NCBI GenBank assembly: GCA_951406725.2
Contig: OX597824.1
Location: forward strand, 70,184,001-70,248,000
Length of the DNA stretch: 64,000 nucleotides
Direction: 5' to 3'
DNA from: Octopus vulgaris
Lineage: Eukaryota
The notes under the pieces were generated by a model that saw only the letters and a program-made list of their open reading frames with translations, made no database searches and was not told the origin of the DNA. The stretch's first letter is position 1, and each line of letters opens with the position of its first letter. Below are positions 13,719-26,492 of the stretch, in pieces. Made by a program: the position numbers and the translations under genes.

Positions 13719-15479
13719 ATCATGACATTTTAGAGCAAAGTTGATCAAATGTAAAATGTATTTGACAGATATTTGACATAACTGATATTTCAGTTGTATT
13801 TTGGGGATTTAATAGCCTCCCCACATCTCTTTTATTCGTGAGGCCTTTAGTACATATCTTAGATTGTGCAATCATAAACACCACAATGTGACCTGATATA
13901 AGGATCATGTTGATATTTGCATCGTTATTAGTTTTCCGGAAAACATAGCCACATACCCATACATAACATCTCGCTGGTATGAAAAGCGTGTGACAGTATT
14001 TTATATGCAGCTTGTACGGTGGCATATTCCCTGCATCAGCTGTCATCTAGAGATCACACTGGTTTCAGCATCTTCTTACAGTACCGCTCCTACGAACGCA
14101 ACCGAGCAGTATTGATGTTACCACAAATGTCCGTGTCGTTTTGGCTCTTAAATGTAGTACGCTTTTTTCCAATCCATTCTTAAAGCCTTAAAATTACACA
14201 TCTTTGAGAAGTTAGTCATTCCATGGGGGGAAGAAGGATAGAGGAATTAAGGACAGTGACTGCGCGAACCAAACAGTTAGGTCAAAGAGTTTTGTTATGC
14301 TTTAAGATACAAATCAAGAAAATAATATTTCATCTTTGGAATGGAAGTCGAAGAAAATGATGGATTCATTCTACGGACAGATTTATTTTTGTATTCTGAA
14401 CTTGTAAGAAGAAGGATTTAATAAAAAAAAAATAAAATAAAATAAACTGAAGAAAGACTACTATTGTATGTAAACACCGTTGCCGAACTCACACATTCAC
14501 AGACTTTTGAGAAAAATACATAAAACAAAACAACCAAAAAAGTTATTCTGGTGTTAATTGTAAACACGAAATGTGGTTTCGACGAAAAATAAGAATTAAA
14601 AGACATCATAACAGCCACCAGCACAACAAAAACAACATGAATAATGAAACAAAAAGCGTTGGGTGGTAGTGAGGTGAATGTCTGGTGTAAGGGTCTAATT
14701 GTACATTGTTGTATATGAGTTATTTGATAGGTTGTTTGTTTTACTTTTTGCTGTGTTTGTTTGTATTTTTCTTTCTGGTGGTGGGGTGTCTTTTTGTAAC
14801 AATTCAAAAAAAAAAAGCAAAAGGAAAACAGAGACTTGTTTTGCTAGAACTATCGAAGAATATGGCGAATATTGAGAACAGGCATAGAATCGTTAACTTC
14901 CTGATCTTAGGTTAATGGTTTGTGGACGATATTTTCTAGAAGGAAAAAAGTATTAAAAAAAAATAAATAATCCGACAATACCAAAAAAAATTATCCAAAA
15001 ATGAATATTAAACAACAACAAAAAAAAAAAAAAACAAGACACACGCAGACACTCACACATACCCACACATACACATACATACACAAAGAGATTTAATGAA
15101 GGAGAAGAACAAGTAGAAGAAAATGACGAAGAGGGCTAAATAAATAAATAAAGGAATAAATTGATGATAATGATAATTAAGATGATAATTATTGTAATGT
15201 TGATGAGAATGTGGAGAACTCCGACGACGACGACGACTACGACGGAGACTTTGATAAGAATATGAATTTAGTAGTCGGGGGAATGGGGGGAGGGAAGCGG
15301 GGAGATGGTAGTGGGGGATAATTGTGATGAGAAACATGAGGAGGATTTCTTGATGAAGACGTTGTTGTTGTTGTTGTTGTTGTTGATGATGATGATGGTA
15401 ATGATGATGATGGTGGTGATGATGAATAGATGTTTCGTTAGCCCCATCACCAATCCCACCACCACTACCACCAGCATCA

Positions 15480-15830
15480 TCATCATCATCATCATCAACA
15501 CCAACACCACCACAACTATCATCATGAACATCATCATCTTCGTTGTTATCACCATCATCATTATCATCATCATCCCCACCATCATCATCATCTCCACCAT
15601 CACTACCACTGCCTTCACATCTACCACCATCACCACCACCACCACCACCACCACAACTATCATCATGAACATCATCATCTTCGTTGTTATTACCATCGTC
15701 ATAACCATCATCATTATTATCATCATCTCCACCATCACCACCACTGCCTTCACATCTACCACCATCACCACCACCACCACCACCACCACAACTATCATCA
15801 TGAACATCATCACCACCATCACCATCACCA
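15480..15830. repeat. Higher-order ~135-141 bp duplication inside a (CAT/CAC)n tract
   Basis: accacaactatcatcatgaacatcatc recurs at ~15509, ~15650 and ~15785. Confidence 0.8.
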
Positions 15831-15857
15831 CCACAACAACCACAACCACCACCACCA

Positions 15858-15896
<39 letters not shown>

Positions 15897-16233
15897 ACCA
15901 CAACAATAGCAACAACAACCTCATACCTAAAGAAGATCATAACAAGGATGATAGAGAAAATGATTTCGTCGTCGTCGTCGTTGTTGTTATTGCTGTTGTT
16001 GTTTAGCCCCAGGTCATTCATTCCAGATACAACAACCGTCATTTCAGCCATGACGCCTACGTCGAGCTTTCAGGAATACCCGATCTACGCCTATAATTTG
16101 GTGGTGGTGGTGGTGGTGGTAGTGGTGGTGGAACTGAGGATGATGATGATGATGACGACGATGACGACGATGATGATGATGATGATGATGATGATGATAA
16201 TGATGATGATGACGACGACGACGACAATGATGG

Positions 16234-16301
<68 letters not shown>

Positions 16302-16626
16302 GGGGGTGCCTTGTGAATCATTAAGTATGAATCATCACACAGCAACGAGGATGTGAGAGTGCGGTGGGGGTGGGGGGTAAAAGTGAAAGAAAGAAAAGAG
16401 ATAAGGAGAAAAAACGCAGAAAGAAAGAGACACAGAAATCAAGAAAGGGGGGGAGAGAGAGAGAAAGTGAGTAAGAGAGAGAGACGCTGATAAAAAGGAA
16501 ACGAAAAGGAAAAGAGAGAGAATTAAAAGAAATAAACTTTTTTTAAAAAAAACAAAAGACGAAACAAATGGAAATATCTAATTTACAATAGTGGTGTGTC
16601 TCTCTTTGTATATATACACAAACATA

Positions 16627-17517
16627 CAAAGGTTATCCAAAAGTAACCGGGAAAGTTCTCTGTTGGACAAGTCCACTGTAGTTCAAGCTCCCGCCGCTAG
16701 AAGCCGCTTGATGCAACCCTCTGGTATCAGTATGCCGATCGGTGTCGTCGGCTAAGGTCGTAATTCCGCACGGTGCGTATTTATTTTGCTGTGCTTCTCC
16801 CCTGTTCGTCGAAATTGGGGATGGCTGAAACGAAGGAACAGCCTGCTTCTGTGAAATTTTGTTTTCTACAGAGGAAAACAGTGGCCGAAACAGTTGTCAT
16901 GCTTCAAACAACTTACAAGGCGGCTGTCATGAGTAAAACAGAATTTTAAGAGTGGTTTCCACGCTTTAAGAATGGTCACTTGACGTTTGAAGACTAGCTT
17001 CGTTCAGGACGACCGTCGACCGCCCAAACGAATGAAGACATCGTGGAAATCAATGAACTGATCTTGGAGAACCGTCACCGAACAATTGACGAACTTGTTG
17101 ATATGACTGGTGTGTTCTGGAGCTCCTGCCAACGAATTTTGAGTGAGGAATTGTGAATGAAAAGAGTTGCAGCAAAATTTGTGCCTCGCTTGCTCACAGA
17201 AGATCAAAAGCAGTCACGACTGAATGCGTATCGTGAACTGAGAGAACAGCTGGAAGTTGATCCGGACCTTTTTTTCGACAAAAGCTGGTGCTACGGAATT
17301 TGCAGATGTGAAAGAGGTAAAGAAAAAAAAACGACGGAGGTGTTAAAGGGCATTACTTTGCAAGAGTTCCAGCACTATTTCGAACAGTGGAAAACACGTC
17401 CGGATCGATGCGTTGCTTCAATTGGGGAATACTTTGAAGGCTATAAAGGTGTAAACATGTAAAACTAAGTGAATAAAATAATATTGCAAAATTCCGGTTT
17501 CTTTTGGGTATCCCTCC
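16627..17517 (+). mobile_element. Internally deleted mariner transposon
   Basis: Imperfect TIRs ggttatccaaaagtaaccggga / ttccggtttcttttgggtatccc, with TA on the left, enclosing transposase remnants. Confidence 0.9.
16821..17462 (+). pseudogene. Mariner transposase pseudogene
   Basis: One frame with 3 internal stops: MAETKEQPASVKFCF...EWFPRFKNG...RSGRPST...MKRVAAKFVPRLLTEDQK...SWCYG, then a jump to the C-terminal FEQWKTR..RCVASIGEYFEG. Most of the DD34D catalytic domain is deleted. Confidence 0.9.
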
Positions 17518-17569
17518 CCCGCCCGCACATGCATACTCGGATACTAGCTTTTTTTATTCCTTTATTTTT

Positions 17570-17780
17570 ACCTGTTTCAGTCATTTGGCTGCGGCTATGC
17601 TGGAGCACCGCCTTGAAAGGTTTTAGTTGAACAAATCGACCCGAGGACTTTTTTTCTCGTTAAGCCTTGTACTTATTCTAGCAGCCTCTAATGCCGAACC
17701 GCTAAGTTGCAGGAACATACACACCAACACCGGTTGTCAAGCGGTGATGAGGGGACAGATACAGACACAAAGGCAGACAC
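17570..17780 (-). mobile_element. SINE family B, 3' half
   Basis: Reverse complement of the family B tail (tgtttcagtcattt.gctgcggc.atgctggagcaccgcc...). Confidence 0.8.
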
Positions 17781-17811
17781 ACACATGTATGTGTATATAT
17801 CATATATATTA

Positions 17812-18216
17812 GCGATTTTCTTCACTAGTTCAGGGAATGACGACCCTGCCTGACACGAGTCCCGGGCTCAGCTGGCTCCGGCTAACAATACCTGGTATGG
17901 GCCCCTATCTAGGGTTACGGAAAGGAGACAACCTTCAAAGAAATCCGGAGTGGAGCCCCGTGGGCGGTTTAGTGTTCGACTCGACACTCTTCTGGCAACT
18001 CCTGCAACCAAGCTGGTGCCAAACGTAATGCTCTGCACTCCTTTGGACTACGTCAACAAGGTCGAGAGAGGAATCCTGACGATTGGGCTACCCAAGATTT
18101 TCTTACATCTAGCCCAGGCCTGCGCAAAACTGGAGAGGATATGAAATGTAAAAAAACAAACTGGATTAGTCTATGCGCAACTCCATTGTCTCCCGAGACA
18201 AAAGGATGCCAACAAC

Positions 18217-18230
<14 letters not shown>
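17812..18230 (+). mobile_element. RTE-type LINE derivative: 5'-region-like segment joined to 3' terminus with (CAA)n tail
   Basis: gcgcaactccattgtctcccgagacaaaaggatgcc(aac)n resembles RTE 3' ends. The upstream GC-richer block resembles RTE 5' UTRs (recognition from memory). Confidence 0.55.
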
Positions 18231-18275
<45 letters not shown>

Positions 18276-18851
18276 ATGTATATATACATACATACATACA
18301 TACATACATACATACATACATACATACATACATACATACATACATACATACATACATACATACATACATACAAATGGATGTGTTATAAAACTGTTCCACA
18401 CATACAATAACAGCCATACCAACAATCCAACATACCTCTATCATCAGCTGCCAAACTAATATCACTATGGTTTCGACTCCTGGGGCCGTACTATTCAATC
18501 CGACAATGTCAACGCCACTAAAATAAGCGTTGTTTGGGAACAAACACACCCTAGATATCACCACATTCATTCAATCTTAATTCTAGGAAGGATTAAACAC
18601 TAACATTATTAATTGAACTACAGCAAAGAAAACATATTTACTCTATGTACAAAACAGTATCGGTAAATTAATTCTATAAGTAAACCTATAAGTAACTCCT
18701 AAATTATGTAACTAAATAGCGACCTAGCCCTTGAAGTCCATACAGATAACATCCCCATCAGTCTTCCATAGTTATTAATATAAAAGTGAAAGCTTTTATA
18801 TTCTATTCTCTCCAAAACAAAACATATATATATATATATTTTTTTTTTTTC

Positions 18852-19041
18852 CAGTTTCAGCTCTTGAGCTGTGGCCATGCTGGGGCACCGCCATTGTGGT
18901 GAAAGAGTACAGCAGGGATCACCACCCCCTGCCGGAGCCTTGTAGAGATTTTAGGTGTTTTCGCTCAATAAACACACACAACGCCCGGTCTGAGAATCGA
19001 AACCGCGAGTCCGCTGCCCTAACCACTAGGCCATTGCGCCT
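18852..19041 (-). mobile_element. Short SINE: family C head with a family B-type tail
   Basis: Head matches 5800-5906. Tail ggcggtgccccagcatggccacagctc..gagctgaaact also occurs alone at ~6581-6620 and ~37302-37345. Confidence 0.8.
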
Positions 19042-19174
19042 ACCTGAAGTATTGCCAGATTGTGCACAGTTCACAAAACAAAATCTTCCGAGGACAGCAC
19101 GTTCCGAGCATGAAACTTCGAGTAGCTTATGTATAACTCCTGTTATACATATGTGTATATACATATATATATAC

Positions 19175-19482
19175 ACGACTGTCTTCATTCAGTTTTCCTC
19201 CACCAAATCCACTCACAAGGCTTTGGTCAGCCTGAGGCTATAGTAGAAACCCAAAGTTCCACGCAGTAGGAATGAACCTGGGACCATGTGGATGGGAGCA
19301 AGCTTCTTTATTTCATTAGATTAGCCATAAAGGCTTTACACAGATAGAAGCAGTTGCAGGTTAGACAAAACACAAATGAGATGAATGATAAGAAAAATAA
19401 ATGATATTGATGAGGGAAGCAGACGACGCCCACCGATCGCTGCTTCCCGAAAGCTTCTTACCACACAGCCACGCTTGCGCCT
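19175..19482 (-). mobile_element. SINE family B head interrupted by a ~140 bp insertion
   Basis: AAGCTTCTT is duplicated at 19300-19308 and 19451-19459 around the insert. Confidence 0.75.
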
Positions 19483-19612
19483 ATATAGACAGACAGACAG
19501 ATAGATAGATAGATAGATTGATAGATAGATTGATAGATAGATAGATGGATAGATAGAGTGTGTGTGTGTGTGTGTGCGTGTGTGTGTGTGTGTGTGTATG
19601 TGTGTGTGTGTG

Positions 19613-19776
19613 TGATAGCTCAGTGGTCAGAGCATCGGGATTATTGTGAGGTTGTGAGTTCGATTCCTGGATCGAGCTGTGTTGTGTTCTTGAGCAAGAC
19701 ACTTTATTTCACATTGCTCCTGTTCACTCAGCTGTAGAAATGAGTTGTGACATCACTGGTACCAAGCCGTATCGGT
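19613..19776 (+). mobile_element. SINE family D, 5' half
   Basis: agctcagtggtcagagc...gagttcgattcc...gttgtgttcttgagcaagacac. Confidence 0.85.
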
Positions 19777-21135
19777 CTGACCCGAACGAAGCTAAGGTGT
19801 GCAAGTGCATGTATGTATGTCAGAATGGTGTAGGTAAGAGTGTGTATATATGAATGGGGGCGCATCCGTGAGTATGTATGTGTGGGCGAGCTGAAAACTA
19901 TGTGGACTTGTGTGTCTGTGAATACATAAGTAGCCTAGTACGTACATTATGTAGAGTGATATGAGTTTCATGTACTAGTGTTTATATGTGTATATGCGAA
20001 TGGACGTGTATATGTATGTGTGGAAACTAAAGAGTGAGAAAAACAGGCATCATTTAGGTTTCCTTGTTACGAAGTTCTTAAAATTTTCTATTGAGTGCTA
20101 ATCATATTTAGCACGATTTCATTCTTTTCCGAAATCGCCTGTATACAGTTATATTATTTCAGCATTTTATGAAGCCAGATATTTATTGTAGATCTTTATA
20201 TGTATATAGTGTATTTGGTTCTTGATTGGATCAGCAAAAAAGAAAAATCCCGATAAACAAGGTACTCAGTTGAGAGGGAGGTAAACATCTTTTAATGAAT
20301 ACGGGAATTATATGTGAACTACTTCGAGTTTCATGCACGGAATGTTCAATACATTGACATGTAACTTAGGAATGGAACCTGAAGTATTGCCAGATCGTGC
20401 GCAGTTCACAATACAAAAACCTTCCGAGTACAGCACGTTCCGAGCATGAAACTTCGAGTAGCTTATGTATAACTCCTGTTATATACATATGTGTGCACTC
20501 TCTTGTCTTTCCTGCCTATTTCTACTCTCTTGTGGGATAAATTGTATGAGTACAATGTGACGGTCTGGATATACTACACTCTTATCTTTGGCCAATCTAC
20601 TTTTGTACACCCGTAGACTCTGGTGATGGCTCTAACAGAGCTATAAATGTTGATTGGTGTTTGTCCAGGTTGAGTAATGTCTGGACAATTAGTGACAAAG
20701 ATTGTGAGGAATGAAGCTTGTTTGCAGCAACAAACTATGTCCCTCGCAAGGAGAGTGGGGAGCTATCCTCACACCGGGGATCTGGCTCGATTTCTTGCAA
20801 CAGAGAAGGGTCCACTTCACTAAGAGCCAAATCGTGGTATTAAACCGGATGACAACACAAGATTAAGTCGACCACCATTTCGGTTTGATTACAATATGTG
20901 TTGCTACTGCTGCCACTGTTGTTGCTGTTGTTGTTGTTGTTGTCTTGCCCCAGGTCAGCAAATTTGTTTGAGCAAATCTATGATTCAAGACATTCTAGAA
21001 ATGACCAATACTTTTTCCCTTTATTTTCAAAGAATACAGGTCTAGATTATCAAACGTGTGCTATATATATATATTTTTGAAGATGATTGTGTGAGATCTG
21101 TAGTAGGCTTCGGCTATTATTATTTGCATGTTTCA

Positions 21136-21355
21136 GGGCGGCGAACTGGCAGAATCGTTTGTACGCTAGATAAAATACGTAACGACATTTCGTCCGTCTT
21201 TACGTTCTGAGTTCAAATTCCGCCAAGGCCGACATTACCTCTCATCTTTGGGGGGTTCGATGAAACAAGTACCAGTCGATCACTAAGGTCAATGTAATAG
21301 ACTTTCCCCTTCCTCCAAAATTGCTGGCCTTGGGCAAAAATTTGAAACTATTATT
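21136..21355 (+). mobile_element. SINE family A, diverged
   Basis: Family A head, core and tail. Confidence 0.8.
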
Positions 21356-21399
21356 AGTAGGTTGTGCAACGGATCCCTCTCTGGCTTATTATGGAAGTG

Positions 21400-21669
21400 G
21401 TGGTGGTGGTGGTGGTGGTGGTGGTGGTGGTGGTGGTGGTGGTGGTGGTGGTGGTGGTGACGTTAACTGCAGTTGTGGTGGAGGACGTAATCGTTGTGGT
21501 AATGGTGGTGGTGGTGGTGCTGGTGGTGCTACTGGGGGTGCTGGTTATAATGATGATGAGGAGGATAAGGTCTATGATGGTGATAGTGATGGCAAAGATG
21601 GTGCTTGTGGGGAGTTGTGAGGGAGATCATCGTGTCAGTTGTGATTGTGATGATAGGGGTGATGACGAT

Positions 21670-21723
<54 letters not shown>

Positions 21724-22710
21724 TACCATCATCATCATCATCTTCATCGTCATCCTCATCATTATCATCATCATCATCATCATCATCATAGGTTGGTAGT
21801 GGTGATGGTGGTGGTAATGTCGGTAGTGATGACCACGATGATGATAGTTACAGATATGGAGATGGTGGTGACGGTGTGGGGGAGTACAACAGTGGCATTA
21901 ATGATGATGGCTGTAATGATGATGATGACGACGACGGAGATGATGATGATGACGACGACGATGACGACAAAGACGCTAACCACAATAACGAGGACGACGA
22001 CGATGGCGCCGGCGCGGATGATAATGATGATGATGAGGCGGAGGAGGTGGAGATGGAGGTGGACAAGGAGGTGGAGGTGAAGAAGAAGGTGGGGGGGAAG
22101 TGGAGAAGGAGGGGGAGGTGGAAATGGAGAAGGAGGTGAAGGTGGAGGTGGGGAAGGAGGTGGAGGTGGAGGTGGAGGTGAGGAGGAGGACGACGACGAT
22201 AATGATGATGAGGAAAACGACGTTATGATGCTGATAATGGTGATGACAATGATGACGATGATGATAGTTGTGATGATGAGAGTTGACGGAGATGAACATG
22301 AGATGGCAGAGGTAATGGCGGTGGTGGTGGTAATGGTGGCTGTGGTAATTGTGGTGGTGGTGGTGATGGTGGTTGTGGGGGGTGGAGGCGGTGGTGGTGA
22401 CGTTAATGGCGACGGCGGTGGTGGTGATGGCAGTAGCAGTGGTGATGGTGGTGGTGATGGTGGTGGTGATGGTGGTGGTGGTGGTGGTGGTATCGTTGGC
22501 TTTTACTATCACTTAGTGATTCATTAGAAAAATTTCCCTTTGAATCTGAAAATGTTGGTCAGAGAATCTTTAAAAAAAATAAACAAAAACGACGGCGACG
22601 AAGCTGATGATGATGATGATGATGACGATGATGATGATAATGATGATGATGATGATGATGATGATGAGGATGATGATGATGATGATGAGGATGATGATGA
22701 TGATGAGTAG
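21400..22710. repeat. Compound GGT/GAT/CAT/GGA trinucleotide field
   Basis: Direct read. Confidence 0.9.
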
Positions 22711-23004
22711 AAAGAATAAAACAACAAAAAAAGCTCGGATAAAACAATAAAACAAAGGGGTAGGGATAGGGGTGGGTGTTAGAATAAATTAACTGAAAAT
22801 TGTCAGACATGGAGTAACGCGGGGGTGGGTAGGTGTTTTGTGTGTATTAGAGATGAAGGGAAGGGGGGAGAGAGAAGGAGGGGAGGAAAAGAGAGGTGCG
22901 AGAAATAGCGAGGAGGAATGGGGAGAGGAGATCAGGAAATTAGGGTGAAGGGGAGGAGAGGCTTCAGTGTGATATAGAGAGAGGGGGGACAGTGAGAAGG
23001 AGGG

Positions 23005-23022
23005 TAGCGTGTTTGTGTGTGT

Positions 23023-23054
<32 letters not shown>

Positions 23055-24153
23055 TTGTGTGTATTTGTTTGTGCATATGTGTATTTGCGGGTGTGGATGT
23101 TTTCGGGTGTATATTTATATGTGTGTACGTGTGTGTGTGTGTGTTTGTGGATGTGTGGATATACGTGTGTGTTTTTGCATGTGTTTCTGGGGAGTGTGAG
23201 TGTGTGTGTGTGTGTGTGTGTTTGTATATGTGTATTTGTGGGGTGGTATGTGTGTGTATTTATGTGTGTGTATTTATATTTGTGTGTGTTTGTGTGTTTA
23301 TGTTTGTCTATGTGTGTATGTGTATGCGTTTGTGTGTGTCTGTATTTATGTATGTGTAATTTGATACCAAAGCATGTGTGTGTGTGTATGTGTGTGTATT
23401 TTAGAATATACATCTGAGTTTGTGCGTGTGTGTATGTGAGTATGCGCGCGTGAGTGTCTGTGTTTGTATATATGTGTGTGCTTTTCAGTGTGTATTTGAT
23501 AATTAGGGCATGTGTGTATATGTATGTGTGTGCATTTGTGTGCATACCTGAGTGTAGGTCAAACGTGTGTTTGCGTGTGTGAGTGTCTGTATATGTTATG
23601 TGTGTGTGTGAGTGTTTGTCTGCGTGTGTATGTAAATCGATAGCAGAAAATGTGTATATATATATGTGTGTGTTTGTGTGTAAGTGTTTGTGTATGTTAT
23701 GTGTGTATGAGTGTTTGCGTGTGTATGTAAATCGATAGCAGGAAATGTATATATGTGTGTGTGTGTTTGTGTGTGTGAGTGTTTGTGTATGTATGTATGT
23801 ATGTATGTGTATGTATGTATGTATGTATGTATGTATGTATGTATGTATGTATGTATGTGTGTATGTATGTATGTGTGTATGTATGTGTGTATGTATGTAT
23901 GTATGTGTGTATGTATATATGTATGTATGTGTGTGTGTATGTATGTGTGCATGTATGTATGTATGTATGTATGTATGTATGTATGTATGTGTGTGTGTAT
24001 GTATGTATGTATGTATTGCGAGTGCTTGTGTGCATGTGCATGTAACTTGATAGCAGAACATGTGTATATGTATGTTCGTGTGTGTGTGTGTGTGTTTTAG
24101 AGTATGTGTGCATTTGTGTATATGTTTATGAGATTATTTAAGAGCATGCGTTA

Positions 24154-24189
<36 letters not shown>

Positions 24190-24406
24190 GCCTTTGTGTC
24201 TATTTATGTGTGGGCGTTTGTGCGTGTGTTTGTCTGTTTGTACATTATGTGAGTGTATGTGTGTGTTTATTTTTATTTTACGTGTTTGTGCATTTGGTGG
24301 TATATGTATATGCGAGTGTTTGTGTGTGTTTGAAGATAAGGCATGCTTGTGTGTGTATATGTTTATGTATGTCTTTGTGTGTTTGTGTATGTCTTTGTGT
24401 GTTTGT

Positions 24407-24460
<54 letters not shown>

Positions 24461-24470
24461 GTGTGTGTGT
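23005..24470. repeat. Degenerate (TG)n/(TATG)n field
   Basis: Direct read. Includes a local duplication (gtgtatgtaaatcgatagcag at ~23625 and ~23721). Confidence 0.9.
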
Positions 24471-24664
24471 GTTGGTGGATTACGGTTTGTAGGAGAGAAA
24501 ACATGGAGATGAAGGTGAGAAAGAGGTGAGAGGACAAGAGGGAAGAAGAAAAGAGGGAGCGAGAGACATACATAGAGAGGGGAAGGTTGAGAGATAAAGA
24601 GATATAGTGAGAGGAGAAAAAGGATGAGAGAATGCTTTGAGAATGGGAGATGAGAGGAGATAGA

Positions 24665-24695
<31 letters not shown>

Positions 24696-24788
24696 AGACA
24701 GAGGGAGAAAGAGAGACCGACAGAAAGACAAACAGATTGATATATAGACAGAAAGACAAACAGGTAGACAGACAGGTAGATAGATAGG

Positions 24789-24864
<76 letters not shown>

Positions 24865-25054
24865 AAGACAGACAGAATGACTGACTGAGAGACAGTGTGA
24901 TTGATTGACTAATCGATTGATTGACCGGTTTGATTGATAAATATGTCGTGAAACAGAGACAGTCAGTCAGACAGACAGGTAGACAGACAAACAGACAGAC
25001 AAATGGACTGACTGGTTTTGCAGAGAGAAAAAGGAATTGAAACGGAACAAAAAC

Positions 25055-25102
<48 letters not shown>

Positions 25103-25220
25103 GAAGGAAGAAAGAGAGACAAAAAGAAAAGAAGAAGAAAATAACCACAAGTGAAATTAAACACATCAAAATACAAGAAATGAAATCAAAGCGCAAATTA
25201 AGATAACATTATTGTTATTT

Positions 25221-25255
<35 letters not shown>

Positions 25256-25389
25256 TATTATTATAATTATCATTATTATTATTGTTGTTGTTGTTGTTAA
25301 TTTTGCAATTATAATTATTGTTGTTGTAGTTATGATAGTTATTGTTTGATTTTTTGAGGGGTTTTGATGCTGTTTTTGTTTTGGGTTTA

Positions 25390-25604
<215 letters not shown>

Positions 25605-25882
25605 TTGTTTTTCGTGAAAAATTGCTTCTAAAGAGGAAGAAATTGCTAATGGTTTTAAAATATCGGAAGAAACGTTTGTGATTTGGCTTGGCAAATATTG
25701 TCTCTTGTGTACGCGCAAGCGTAGGACATGTGTTTCAGTGTACATGCGTTTGTATGTATGTGTGTTTGTGTGTGTGTGTTTGTACACGTATTTATATATG
25801 CATATGTATGTGTATGCACAAGGGAAGGTGGATGTCAGCATATACATAGATATATAGATACAGACATACACATACATACATA

Positions 25883-25929
<47 letters not shown>

Positions 25930-25947
25930 CAAAGTGTACGTACGCCG

Positions 25948-25979
<32 letters not shown>

Positions 25980-25980
<1 letters not shown>

Positions 25981-26184
25981 TGTTGATTCGTTAGCCTCTG
26001 CACGCATTTTTTTTCTCTCCTTCTTTCTATGTTTTTCTCTCTCTGTGTATCTTTCTGTTGAAGAGCGTAGGCTCGAAACGTTAAAGACTTGTTTTATTTA
26101 TATTTCCTGAGCGCCATACTAATACAATTGTTCGTTTGTTTTCCACCTGCCTTCGTCTTTTGTTTATTTTCATAAAGCTTCCCG

Positions 26185-26186
<2 letters not shown>
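25980..26186 (+). mobile_element. (TA)n-embedded ~210 bp Penelope-like module with hammerhead-like motif
   Basis: Homologous copies at 6815-7026 (minus), ~32345-32510 and ~51300-51440 (diverged). Motif at 26050-26087. Confidence 0.7.
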
Positions 26187-26248
<62 letters not shown>

Positions 26249-26415
26249 CTCGACATAATCGAGTATAATCAGCCAAAAGATAATCTGGTACTCGACTGAG
26301 GAAAGAAAATTCCGAATGACCCGTCCTTTTTTCTTTGTATCGTCCATATGGATGTTTTGTTGTCCCATTTTTGTATCACCTAACTGCCCGGATGTTTTGC
26401 GTTCTTGTCCTATTT

Positions 26416-26492
<77 letters not shown>

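Noticed and set aside
13720-14290. 108-aa minus ORF in complex sequence
   Set aside because: No recognisable motif and stops nearby; probably a decayed transposon I cannot classify.
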